A stretch of 64,000 nt of DNA, taken from assembly GCA_023382875.1 (NCBI GenBank), contig JAHDXH010000002.1:69724-133723 (forward strand). Reading direction: 5' to 3'. Positions 20,044 to 29,129 of this stretch are shown piece after piece. Position 1 is the stretch's first letter. Each line of letters begins with the position of its first letter. The translations under genes and the position numbers were made by a program. The notes below the pieces were generated by a model. That model saw only the letters and a list, made by a program, of their open reading frames with translations, did no database searches and was not told the DNA's origin. Origin of the DNA: Patescibacteria group bacterium (GTDB taxonomy: Bacteria; Patescibacteriota; Microgenomatia; UBA1400; PJMF01).

Positions 20044-21656
20044 ATCTTGGTTGCGGTAAGGATTATAGACAAGGTTGGGTCAATTTAGACGCTGTAGCCT
20101 CTGTGAAACCTGATGTAGTTCACGACATTAGTAAACCATTACCATTCAAAGATCAAAGTTTTGATTTTATTTTAGCTCAAGATATTTTGGAACACTTTAC
20201 CAAAGAAGATGTTGTTTTGGTGATTGGTGAAATCGCTCGGACTTTGAGAGTTGGAGGACAAGTAGAGATTAGAGTACCCAATGTCACCGACATTGTTAAT
20301 AGATTTGCCGACGATGAAGAAACTAGAAACGAATTTTTATATGGCACTACCTTTGAAACTGGAGTTTTTGGGGCACATAAAGTTGGCTTTACTGCTGTGT
20401 GTTTGGTTTCCATGATGAGTTTAGCTAACTTGGAATTGGTCAGTCTGAAAGAAGAAGAAACAAATTTTGTTGGTATTTTCAAAAAGGTTTTGCCTTCAAA
20501 AAAGACTAAACAGCTTGTTTATGTAAATCAAACTCTGGGTATGGGTGGTGCAGAAGTATTTATGGCTGATTTGCTAGGTGCGTTGCAAAAAAATAATTGG
20601 AGTGTGGTTGTTTATACAAACAACCAATCTTTCGCTCACTTACTTGAACAAAAGCAGATTGTGGTTAAAAAAATAACTACGATTGTTGATGTCATTGGCG
20701 ATTGGAAAGGCTTGATTAAAGGTGTCTTCTTGTGGCCAAAGCTCTTAGCAGAGTATTGGAAGGTTGTTAGAAAACATCATAACGCCGATTTATTTTTAAT
20801 GTCAGGTTTTATTGAAAAAATCTTAGTTTCGCCCTTGCTAGTGTTAGTCAAAAAACCAGCTTGTTGGATTGAGTTTGGTCCTATGGAGACAATTTTTGCC
20901 AAGTTTTTCCGCTTGCCTAAGGTTTTGTATTTTTTGGTCAAATCATTGCCAGAAAAAGTTGTTACTTCGAGTTACCACTCGCGTCGCAGTCTGACAAGTT
21001 CGGCTCGGATTTCTTTGGCTAAGTTGAGGATTGTTCCGTGTGGTAGAAATGTTGAAAGTCAAAATGTAGGAGCGACCAAAAGTTCAACTATTGTTTGTGT
21101 GTCACGTTTGGAACCAGGCAAAGGTCAGGATTTATTAATCGACGCTTTTTCTCTGATTGCCAAAAAAAATCCCCAATTAAAATTGAAAATTGTAGGTGAG
21201 GGTGACTTCTTGCCAATTTTGCAAGAAAAAGTGAACCAAAATAATTTACAAGAAAGAGTTGTCTTTGCTGGTAGAGTCAAAAATGCTTTACAGGAAATGG
21301 TCAGTGCAGAGGTCGTTGTTTTTCCCTCAGTTTGGCCTTTAGAAGGTTTTGGTTTGGTGATGATTGAAGCAATGAGTCTTGGCAAACCAATTGTGGCTTT
21401 TGATAGAGGTCCTGGTAATGAAATTATTGAGGATGAGAAAACCGGCCTTTTGGCTAAAGATGGTGATATTGTAGATTTGGCGAAAAAAATAGAAAAACTT
21501 TTGCATGATAAAAAGTTGGCTGAGTCGTTAGGAAAAACTGCCCAACAAAGTTATCTATCCAAATACCAAATTGAGTCAGTCGCTGATCACTATGAACAAA
21601 TTTTCCATGAAGCAATAGCCGATCACAAAGCCAAATCTGTCCTAACCCAAAATTAG
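20016..21656 (+). CDS. SAM-dependent methyltransferase fused to a GT4 glycosyltransferase
   Basis: N-terminal LNLGCG, LPFKDQSFD, ILEH; C-terminal GGAE, SRLEPGKG, EGFGLVMIEAM. Confidence 0.88.
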   Translation: MANTSGKKLNLGCGKDYRQGWVNLDAVASVKPDVVHDISKPLPFKDQSFDFILAQDILEHFTKEDVVLVIGEIARTLRVGGQVEIRVPNVTDIVNRFADDEETRNEFLYGTTFETGVFGAHKVGFTAVCLVSMMSLANLELVSLKEEETNFVGIFKKVLPSKKTKQLVYVNQTLGMGGAEVFMADLLGALQKNNWSVVVYTNNQSFAHLLEQKQIVVKKITTIVDVIGDWKGLIKGVFLWPKLLAEYWKVVRKHHNADLFLMSGFIEKILVSPLLVLVKKPACWIEFGPMETIFAKFFRLPKVLYFLVKSLPEKVVTSSYHSRRSLTSSARISLAKLRIVPCGRNVESQNVGATKSSTIVCVSRLEPGKGQDLLIDAFSLIAKKNPQLKLKIVGEGDFLPILQEKVNQNNLQERVVFAGRVKNALQEMVSAEVVVFPSVWPLEGFGLVMIEAMSLGKPIVAFDRGPGNEIIEDEKTGLLAKDGDIVDLAKKIEKLLHDKKLAESLGKTAQQSYLSKYQIESVADHYEQIFHEAIADHKAKSVLTQN

Positions 21657-21673
21657 GTTATACTATCTCCAGA

Positions 21674-23461
21674 ATGAGTCAGATTAAAAAAGTTAAAGAA
21701 GCTTCAGATATTGTTGAGATTATTGGTGAGAGGTTGACTTTGCAACGCGCAGGAACAAATCTCAAAACCAATTGTCCTTTTCATGGCGAAAAAACTCCGT
21801 CATTTTTTGTTAATGAAGTAATGCAGCGCTATCGCTGTTTTGGCTGTGGTGAAACTGGCGATGTGATTAATTTTTTAGAGAAGTATGAAGGGATGACTTT
21901 TGGTGAAGCTCTTGAATATTTGGCTGAAAGAGCTGGCATCAAACTGGAAAAATACGTCAAAAGTCAGCAAGATGATCTCCATGATCAATTGTTGGATGTT
22001 TTAGATTTGGCTCGCCAATACTATGGCTATCTTCTCAAAGAACATCAGCTGGGACAAATTGCTCGAGATTATTTGAGCAAAAGAAAAATTAACCAAGAAT
22101 CAATCAATTTATTTCAGCTGGGTTATTCCTTAGATGAATGGGATGGCTTGATTAAGTTTCTCCACCATAAAAAAAAGTATTCATTACAAATACTGGAAGA
22201 AGCGGGATTAGTTATCAATAAAGGCGATCGTTATTATGACCGCTTTCGTGGTCGCTTAATGTTTCCTTTAAAAAATCATCGTGGCCAAGTCGTGGGTTTT
22301 TCTGGTCGAACTTTGGTACCTGGAGAAAAAGATGCCAAATATATTAATTCCCCAGAAACAGCTTTGTACCACAAATCAGAGATGTTGTTTGGTTTTTCCG
22401 AACTTTATCAAGAAATTCGCAAGAAAAAAGAAATCATAGTTTGTGAGGGTGAAATTGACGTTATTTCTAGCGCCCAAGCTCATGTTAACAATGTGGTAGC
22501 GGTTAAAGGTTCGGTGTTAACCAAAGAGCACGTTAAGCTAATTTTGAGAGTGGCCAATAAAGCAATTTTATCTTTGGATAGAGATAGTGCGGGAATTGAA
22601 GCGACCAAAAGAGCTATTTTGATTGCCAAAGATAGTGGTTTAGAGCTAAGAGTCGCCAACTTATCTTTGGTTAAAGAACAAGGTTTTGATTTAAAAGATC
22701 CTGATGATATTGCTCGCGAACAACCAAAGCTATGGCGCGAAGCAGTTAAAGGCTCAATTTCTGTTTATGAATTTTTGATTCAAGTAGCACAAGCTAAATA
22801 TCATTTAGATACACCAGAAGGTCGAAGGGATTTTATTGAAGAAGTAGGTCCAATTCTCAATTACATCAGTCATGCGGTGGAAAAAGATTTTTACATCAAA
22901 AAAGTGGCCACGCTTTTGTCAGTGAAGAAAGAATTGGTTGAGGAAGATTTGAAAAAACTTCAATCACCCGTGGCTAAATTAGCGCCACCAGAAACCACAG
23001 TAAAAGCTCCAAAAGTTAGATTAACTTCACAGCAAAAACTGGAAAGATATTTAATTTTTCTGTTAATGAATTTTGAGCCTCACGAAATTCAGGACAAAGC
23101 GATTTCTTTGGCACAATTTGAGTTTTCACACTCAGAACTCAAGGTATTTATCCAGGCAATTTTACAAGCAAAAACAGTGGTCTTGAAAAATATAGTGGCC
23201 AGTTTGCCTGATGATGTTAGAGAGGTGGTGGCAGAAATTTCTCTTAATCCCAACTATGAGTCATACATCAAAGACCTCAATATTCAAACCGAGTGGGAAT
23301 CAGTTTTTGTGAGATTGCAAAAAGCATATGTGACCACTATGGTTGATAAAATTTCCACGGAGCTTAATGAACTTGACCAAAAAGTTATGTTGAGTCCAGA
23401 GGAAGAGCAGCGACGTGACGAATTGCTGCGAATGATTGTAGAATTAAGAAGAAAATCATAA
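21674..23461 (+). CDS. dnaG: DNA primase
   Basis: CPFHGEKTPSF...CFGC zinc finger, KYINSPET, CEGEID, DRDSAG TOPRIM. Confidence 0.97.
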   Translation: MSQIKKVKEASDIVEIIGERLTLQRAGTNLKTNCPFHGEKTPSFFVNEVMQRYRCFGCGETGDVINFLEKYEGMTFGEALEYLAERAGIKLEKYVKSQQDDLHDQLLDVLDLARQYYGYLLKEHQLGQIARDYLSKRKINQESINLFQLGYSLDEWDGLIKFLHHKKKYSLQILEEAGLVINKGDRYYDRFRGRLMFPLKNHRGQVVGFSGRTLVPGEKDAKYINSPETALYHKSEMLFGFSELYQEIRKKKEIIVCEGEIDVISSAQAHVNNVVAVKGSVLTKEHVKLILRVANKAILSLDRDSAGIEATKRAILIAKDSGLELRVANLSLVKEQGFDLKDPDDIAREQPKLWREAVKGSISVYEFLIQVAQAKYHLDTPEGRRDFIEEVGPILNYISHAVEKDFYIKKVATLLSVKKELVEEDLKKLQSPVAKLAPPETTVKAPKVRLTSQQKLERYLIFLLMNFEPHEIQDKAISLAQFEFSHSELKVFIQAILQAKTVVLKNIVASLPDDVREVVAEISLNPNYESYIKDLNIQTEWESVFVRLQKAYVTTMVDKISTELNELDQKVMLSPEEEQRRDELLRMIVELRRKS

Positions 23462-24114
23462 TGCAAATTTTTATTGATGAGTCAGGTGACCCTGGTTTTT
23501 TAATTGAAGGTGGTTCGAGTCGCTTTTTTGTGGTGGCAGTGATTATCTTTGAGGACGATACTCAAGCTAGTCAAGCAAGATTAGCTCTAGAAGACCTGGG
23601 TCGAAGATGGTCAAAACCTAAAAAGTTCGAACTTAAATTTTCCAAATTGTCAGAATCTGAGCGCGTAGAGGCTTTGCATTTAGCCACCAAGTTTTCTTTT
23701 AAAATTCGTGCTGTGATTTTTGATAAGGTGCGGATGAATGAGTTGCAACTTCAGCACTTCAAGAAAAATTATTATCAGTATGCGATTAGATCTCTTTTGG
23801 ATCGACCAGATAGTCACCTTACACATTCAACAATGAAAATCGATACTTTCGGTGAAGATGCTTACCGTCAAAGACTTGTCGATTACTTTGCTGAGCACGT
23901 TTGTAACCCTGACGACCACACCAAGTGTCAATTGGTTTTTCAGGATTCAAAATATGATGCTTTGATTCAATTGGCAGACTTGGTAGCAGGTGCACTTCGC
24001 AAAAGTTTTGAAATCACACAAGATGATTCACAAATTTACCGTGAAGTTATTGCTGACCACGAAGAGGACATTAAAGTTTTTCATTCAGTGCTTCATACTA
24101 GAAAGCTTGGTTAA
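23461..24114 (+). CDS. DUF3800 family protein (RNase H-like)
   Basis: IFIDESGD at the N-terminus, ELKFS, IQLADLVAG. Confidence 0.85.
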   Translation: MQIFIDESGDPGFLIEGGSSRFFVVAVIIFEDDTQASQARLALEDLGRRWSKPKKFELKFSKLSESERVEALHLATKFSFKIRAVIFDKVRMNELQLQHFKKNYYQYAIRSLLDRPDSHLTHSTMKIDTFGEDAYRQRLVDYFAEHVCNPDDHTKCQLVFQDSKYDALIQLADLVAGALRKSFEITQDDSQIYREVIADHEEDIKVFHSVLHTRKLG

Positions 24115-24144
24115 TAGCTGAGTTTTTCAGGTATAATACGCTTT

Positions 24145-24939
24145 ATGGCAGAAGCAAAAACCCAACCAGCAAATTCTAATCAAGCAAAATCAAAACCAGC
24201 TGGTGGCCCAGTTGATAGAAGTCGTTATCCCAAAATTCAAGCTTATATTGCAAAGTTGGGAGTAATGTCTCGTCGCCATGTTGAAGATTTGATTAGAGAG
24301 AAAAAAGTTCAGGTAAATGGTGTTTTGGCTAAAATTGGTCAAAGAATTAAAGCGGGCGAAGATATCATTGTAGTGGACGGTAAGAAAATAGAAACCAAAA
24401 GACCACCACAACCGATTTATATTTTGATTTATAAGCCCGTTGGCTATGTTTCTACTGCTAACGATGACCAAAGTCGACCAACAGTTTTGAGTTTGGTTCC
24501 AGAAATTAAAGACAGACTTTATCCCGTTGGTAGATTAGATATGGATTCAGAGGGCTTGATGATTTTGACCAACGATGGTGATTTAACTTTTGCTTTGACT
24601 CACCCATCACATGAAATTTCTAAAGTTTATAAAGTCTTGTTAAGAGGTGTGCCTTCAACTCCCGCCCTCAATTTGTTACAAAAGGGCGTAAAACTCAAAG
24701 AGGGTTTTTTCACTCCTGATGAAATGAGAATTCTCGGCCATGAAAATGGCAATACTTGGTTGGAATTAGTTATTCATGAAGGTAAAAACCGTTTGATTCG
24801 TCGTATGATGAGAAGAATCGGTTACGACGTCATGAGATTAATTCGCGTAGAAATCGGACCGTTTGATGTAAGTATGCTTGGCGGAAAAAGATACATTCAG
24901 CTCTCCAAAGAGCAGGTACAAAAGCTCATCTCCAAATAA
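24145..24939 (+). CDS. rRNA pseudouridine synthase, RsuA/RluB family
   Basis: S4 domain (SRR...VQVNG), KPVGYVS, YPVGRLDMDSEG, EGKNRLIRRM. Confidence 0.93.
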   Translation: MAEAKTQPANSNQAKSKPAGGPVDRSRYPKIQAYIAKLGVMSRRHVEDLIREKKVQVNGVLAKIGQRIKAGEDIIVVDGKKIETKRPPQPIYILIYKPVGYVSTANDDQSRPTVLSLVPEIKDRLYPVGRLDMDSEGLMILTNDGDLTFALTHPSHEISKVYKVLLRGVPSTPALNLLQKGVKLKEGFFTPDEMRILGHENGNTWLELVIHEGKNRLIRRMMRRIGYDVMRLIRVEIGPFDVSMLGGKRYIQLSKEQVQKLISK

Positions 24940-25004
24940 ATTCTGAGGATTTCACTTGCTCGCCGTTCTGGCATTTGACCGCCTAAAAATGATAAACTGT
25001 TTTT

Positions 25005-27017
25005 ATGCCCAGAGCGCTTGTCCTTGGAAATGGTGAAACATTAGTTTGTCTTGATAAATTCGGTTTTGTCCGAGATTTTTATTTTCCTTATGTTGGTTTA
25101 GAAAATCACGTGTCAGGTAATAAACATCGGATTGGTGTTTGGGTTGACGATCAATTTTCTTGGCTTGATGATGGTAACTGGTCCGTCAAAATTGCTTACA
25201 AACCAGAAACAATGGTTGGTTATTTGGTGTGTAAAAACGAAAACCTCCAGTTATCAGTGGTGATGGAGGATTGTGTTTATAACGAAGCTAATGTTTTTTT
25301 ACGCCAAGTAGATGTTTATAACCATCAAGAGCAAACGAGAAATATTAGAATCTTTTTCCATCAAGTGTTTATGATTGCCGAGAATAAAAAGCGAAATACG
25401 GCATTTTTTGACCCAACTCATAATGCCATCGTTCACTATCGCGGTCGTCGTTTGTTTATCGTTAATGGTCGAACTAGTGATGGTAAAACCATGGATGATT
25501 TTGCGGTGGGTGCATATAACTTTGAAGGGAAAATGGGCACATACAAAGATGCTGAAGATGGTGAGCTGGGTAAGAATGGTGTTGAGCACGGGAGTGTTGA
25601 TAGCACAATTCGCTTTTGCGTTAGCGCCGAGGGTAAGAAAAAAACATCACTTCATTATTGGATTTGTGCAGCCAAAACTTTAGACGATGTTTATGCTTTA
25701 AACAGCATGGTGATGAACAAAACACCTGAGGGCATGCTTCATTCAACGGAGGATTTTTGGCATGCGTGGCTTGATCGACAAAATTATTCTTTTGACTTTT
25801 TGACTCCAGAGCAAAAAAAATTGTTTAACACCTCACTTTTTATTCTTCGCGCCCATGCCGACAATCGGGGAAGTATTATTGCTTCTGCAGATTCGGCTAT
25901 GATCGAGTACGGCAAAGACGACTATGCTTATATGTGGCCCAGAGATGCTGCTTTTATTGTCAGTGCTTTGGACTCAGCTGGTTTTCATGAGGTGACTAAA
26001 AATTTCTTTTTATTTTGCCAAAGTGTTTTGCATCCCGATGGTTATCTTCATCACCGTTTTAATTCCGACCAAAGCTTGGGTTCCACTTGGCATTCACCGT
26101 CCGCACAATTTGAGTGGCTCAAGGACAAAAAATTGCAGTTGCCAATTCAAGAAGACGAGACAGCTTCTGTGATTTTTGCATTATGGCATCACTATCAAGT
26201 GACTAAAGATATTGAATTCATTGAGGATTTATTCAAGCCTTTTATTGAAAAAGCGGCTGATTTCTTGGTTGATTTTCGTAACAAAACTACCATGTTGCCA
26301 CTGCCATCTTATGATTTGTGGGAAGAAGTCATTGGAGTATCAACTTATACCTGTGCGAGTGTTTATGGAGGGTTGATGGCAGCAGCCAATTTTGCAGAGC
26401 TACTTGGAAAACGCAATCATATGCGCAAATACAAGCAGGCGGCCAAAGAAATTAAAAAAGCCACTATCGATTATCTTTTTAGCGAACAACAATCGAGTTT
26501 TGTTCGTTTTGCCAAATATAGTGGTGACAAAGTAGAAAGGGTTGAGATTATCGATGCCAGCTCATTATTTGGCCTGTGGTACTTTGGCATGTTTGAACAA
26601 AGTGATCCTTATTTCAAGAGAACTCATGAGCAAGTCATGAAGCGTTTGTCTAATCCAGGTGCAACCGCTGGTTTTATTCGTTATGAAAATGATGCTTATT
26701 TTAGAAGTGGTGATTTATCCAATCCCTGGTTTATTACCACGCTGTGGGAAGTTGAGAGGCGTTTGACATCTGACACGGTTAATCATGAAGATTTAGATTT
26801 TGCCAAAGATGTATTTTCATGGATCCAAAACCACCAATACTTATCTGGAGTTTTGTCCGAGCAATTAGATCCACAAACAGGCACTTCAGAATCAGCTACG
26901 CCACTAGTTTGGTCACATGCAGAATTTGTTCGTTCGGTCTTGCTCTATCAGCAGGCGCTTGTTAAGCTGAAGCTGGTAGAGGTTAAAACGCCAGAAAGCG
27001 TAATTCACGAACTATGA
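25005..27017 (+). CDS. Glycoside hydrolase family 15 (glucoamylase-like)
   Basis: YAYMWPRDA, QEDET, DLWEE, LSEQ, PLVWSHA. Confidence 0.9.
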   Translation: MPRALVLGNGETLVCLDKFGFVRDFYFPYVGLENHVSGNKHRIGVWVDDQFSWLDDGNWSVKIAYKPETMVGYLVCKNENLQLSVVMEDCVYNEANVFLRQVDVYNHQEQTRNIRIFFHQVFMIAENKKRNTAFFDPTHNAIVHYRGRRLFIVNGRTSDGKTMDDFAVGAYNFEGKMGTYKDAEDGELGKNGVEHGSVDSTIRFCVSAEGKKKTSLHYWICAAKTLDDVYALNSMVMNKTPEGMLHSTEDFWHAWLDRQNYSFDFLTPEQKKLFNTSLFILRAHADNRGSIIASADSAMIEYGKDDYAYMWPRDAAFIVSALDSAGFHEVTKNFFLFCQSVLHPDGYLHHRFNSDQSLGSTWHSPSAQFEWLKDKKLQLPIQEDETASVIFALWHHYQVTKDIEFIEDLFKPFIEKAADFLVDFRNKTTMLPLPSYDLWEEVIGVSTYTCASVYGGLMAAANFAELLGKRNHMRKYKQAAKEIKKATIDYLFSEQQSSFVRFAKYSGDKVERVEIIDASSLFGLWYFGMFEQSDPYFKRTHEQVMKRLSNPGATAGFIRYENDAYFRSGDLSNPWFITTLWEVERRLTSDTVNHEDLDFAKDVFSWIQNHQYLSGVLSEQLDPQTGTSESATPLVWSHAEFVRSVLLYQQALVKLKLVEVKTPESVIHEL

Positions 27018-27931
27018 ACTATTATTTAGCAGTTGATGGTGGTGGCACCAAGACTCAGGTTTTGTGTGCTGATGAAAATGGAGAAATTGTTGGCGAAGGT
27101 TTGTCTGGTCCGACGAGTTTGACCGTAGTTAACTCTGGAGCAGCCGGATTTGCTCTAAGAGAGGCAATCCGTCAAGCAACTGAGAATTTACCACCGGGGT
27201 TTGTGGTTACTAGATTGGTGATGGGCTTGGCTGGGCTAGATACTCCAGAAGAAATTTCAAGAGCAGAGTCCTCATTTAAACAAGTTATCGCTGATATTCA
27301 GGTTAAAGATTTTGTTTTAATTAACGATATTATGATTGCTCTTCGTGCTGCCAGTGACAAACAAGACGCTATGGCACTTATTGCTGGAACGGGTTCAAAT
27401 TGTTTTGGTATTAATGCCGAAGGAGAATCAGCTAAAGCTGGGGGATTAGATTTTTTGTTATCGGATGAAGGCTCTGGTTATTCTATTGGCGCTAAAGTTT
27501 TAAAGGCAGCGGCGATGAGTTTTGATGGTCGCGGTGCAAAGACAAGATTGGAGCAATTGACAAATGATTATTTTGAAACCAGTAGTATTCCTGAAGTAAA
27601 GCACCATATTTATAATCCAGTTTTGACTAAAATGCAGGTTGCGGGCTTGGCTAAGTTGGCTTTTGATGCCTTGGAAGAAGGTGATGAAGTAGCCCATCAA
27701 ATTGTCGATCGCGCTGCAGATGATTTGTTTGTAATGGCTAAGGTAGTAATTGAAAAACTAAGGTTGAACGAAAGACCGAGTGACTGTGTTTTCTCGGGCA
27801 AAGTTTTATTGTCTGATTATCTCAAGAATAAGCTCAAGGAAAAAATCAATCAAGAATATCCTAATATTCAAGTTTTGATTCCCGAAGATGAGCCAGTCTA
27901 TGGGGCGCTAAAGATCGCCTTGAGTAGTTGA
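27014..27931 (+). CDS. BadF/BadG/BcrA/BcrD-family (NagK-like) sugar kinase
   Basis: AVDGGGTKT, GLAG, ND, IAGTGS, DEGSGY; ATGA overlap with the GH15 gene. Confidence 0.88.
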   Translation: MNYYLAVDGGGTKTQVLCADENGEIVGEGLSGPTSLTVVNSGAAGFALREAIRQATENLPPGFVVTRLVMGLAGLDTPEEISRAESSFKQVIADIQVKDFVLINDIMIALRAASDKQDAMALIAGTGSNCFGINAEGESAKAGGLDFLLSDEGSGYSIGAKVLKAAAMSFDGRGAKTRLEQLTNDYFETSSIPEVKHHIYNPVLTKMQVAGLAKLAFDALEEGDEVAHQIVDRAADDLFVMAKVVIEKLRLNERPSDCVFSGKVLLSDYLKNKLKEKINQEYPNIQVLIPEDEPVYGALKIALSS

Positions 27932-27985
27932 TTTTTTTCAGATGAGTTGTTGACGAAGGCGAGTTTTCTCGCCATACTTATTCCC

Positions 27986-29128
27986 ATGAAGCTTTCATCT
28001 TTTTCCTTGAAACGAACACTAATTCCTTTTTTTGTTTTGTCATTATTTTTTATGGTTGTGGGGGTGGGAGTTGCAGGTACTTTAGTCTTGGAGTCCGACT
28101 ATAGCTGTGACAACATTACTGATCTGGATGACTACACGGTTTTGGTGCGCGATAAGCGCTTGAGTACTCGAAAGTTATCAATCCTTTTTAAAGAATGGGG
28201 TAGTCGGGGTTTATCTAATTCAGCAGATTGCTCAGGAAAAGCAGTAACGGCTAATAACGGTGGGTACGGTGGGCCAGGAGGCACTACTCCAACACCAAGT
28301 CCCACTCCGGTAGTTTCGCCAACAACGACACCAACCCCAGCAACCACAACAAGTCCAAGTCCATCGCCTTCCAGTAAACCAAGTCCCTTCAACTTGAGTG
28401 ATGCAAATTTGGTGGCATATATGCCGATGGAAGAGACAGCGGGATCTTTGACCAATAAAAAAACTAGCAACGCGGTTGCCAACCTTATTCCCAACGGCAG
28501 TGTTCAATATCGCCAAACTGGCAAAGTGGGTTATGGGGTAAAGGTTAATGGTATTGGCAATGCTTTTTGTAGTGGCTCTGGCACAGCCTGTAAAGATGTA
28601 AAGGCTTATGACTTTACTGGTGATTACACTTTGGGCATGTGGGTTAAATTAGATCAAGGTAGCGCCTATTTATTCAGAAAATGGGATCAAGAAAAAGGTA
28701 ATTACTCCTACTTTGCTTTGGATAGCAATATTTTCTTGGCAGCTTTGTCACATCCACACCCAGATTATCTCTTTGGTTATGATCATGGTTTGAGAGCAGG
28801 TCAGCCAACTGGACGAAGTTATGTAGAAGGCTACATGGATTTAAATGTTGATAACAAATTGCATGATTGGCACCACATAACTGTAGTTCGCGATACTAAA
28901 GCAAAAACTGTTCACCTTTATGTTGATGGTAAAAAACAAGATACGCACCCAGGTCAAATCAAACAAGCGAATGGTAGCGTAGTAACCTCGGTAATGAGAG
29001 CTGACAACCAAGTGAGCGCTGATCCATTCCGACTAGGTGAATTAGTTGGAACAATCGATGAGTTTTTTGCTTACAAAAAAGCTTTGACTGAGGCCGAAGT
29101 AAAAGCAATTTATGAGGCGGGCAAATAA
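27986..29128 (+). CDS. Exported protein: dockerin-like segment, Pro/Thr linker, LamG (ConA-like) domain
   Basis: N-terminal TM/signal; LVAYMPMEE, YTLGMWVK, WHHITVV, LYVDG, GTIDEF..YKKALTEAEVKAIY; start moved to 27986. Confidence 0.8.
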   Translation: MKLSSFSLKRTLIPFFVLSLFFMVVGVGVAGTLVLESDYSCDNITDLDDYTVLVRDKRLSTRKLSILFKEWGSRGLSNSADCSGKAVTANNGGYGGPGGTTPTPSPTPVVSPTTTPTPATTTSPSPSPSSKPSPFNLSDANLVAYMPMEETAGSLTNKKTSNAVANLIPNGSVQYRQTGKVGYGVKVNGIGNAFCSGSGTACKDVKAYDFTGDYTLGMWVKLDQGSAYLFRKWDQEKGNYSYFALDSNIFLAALSHPHPDYLFGYDHGLRAGQPTGRSYVEGYMDLNVDNKLHDWHHITVVRDTKAKTVHLYVDGKKQDTHPGQIKQANGSVVTSVMRADNQVSADPFRLGELVGTIDEFFAYKKALTEAEVKAIYEAGK

Positions 29129-29129
29129 T

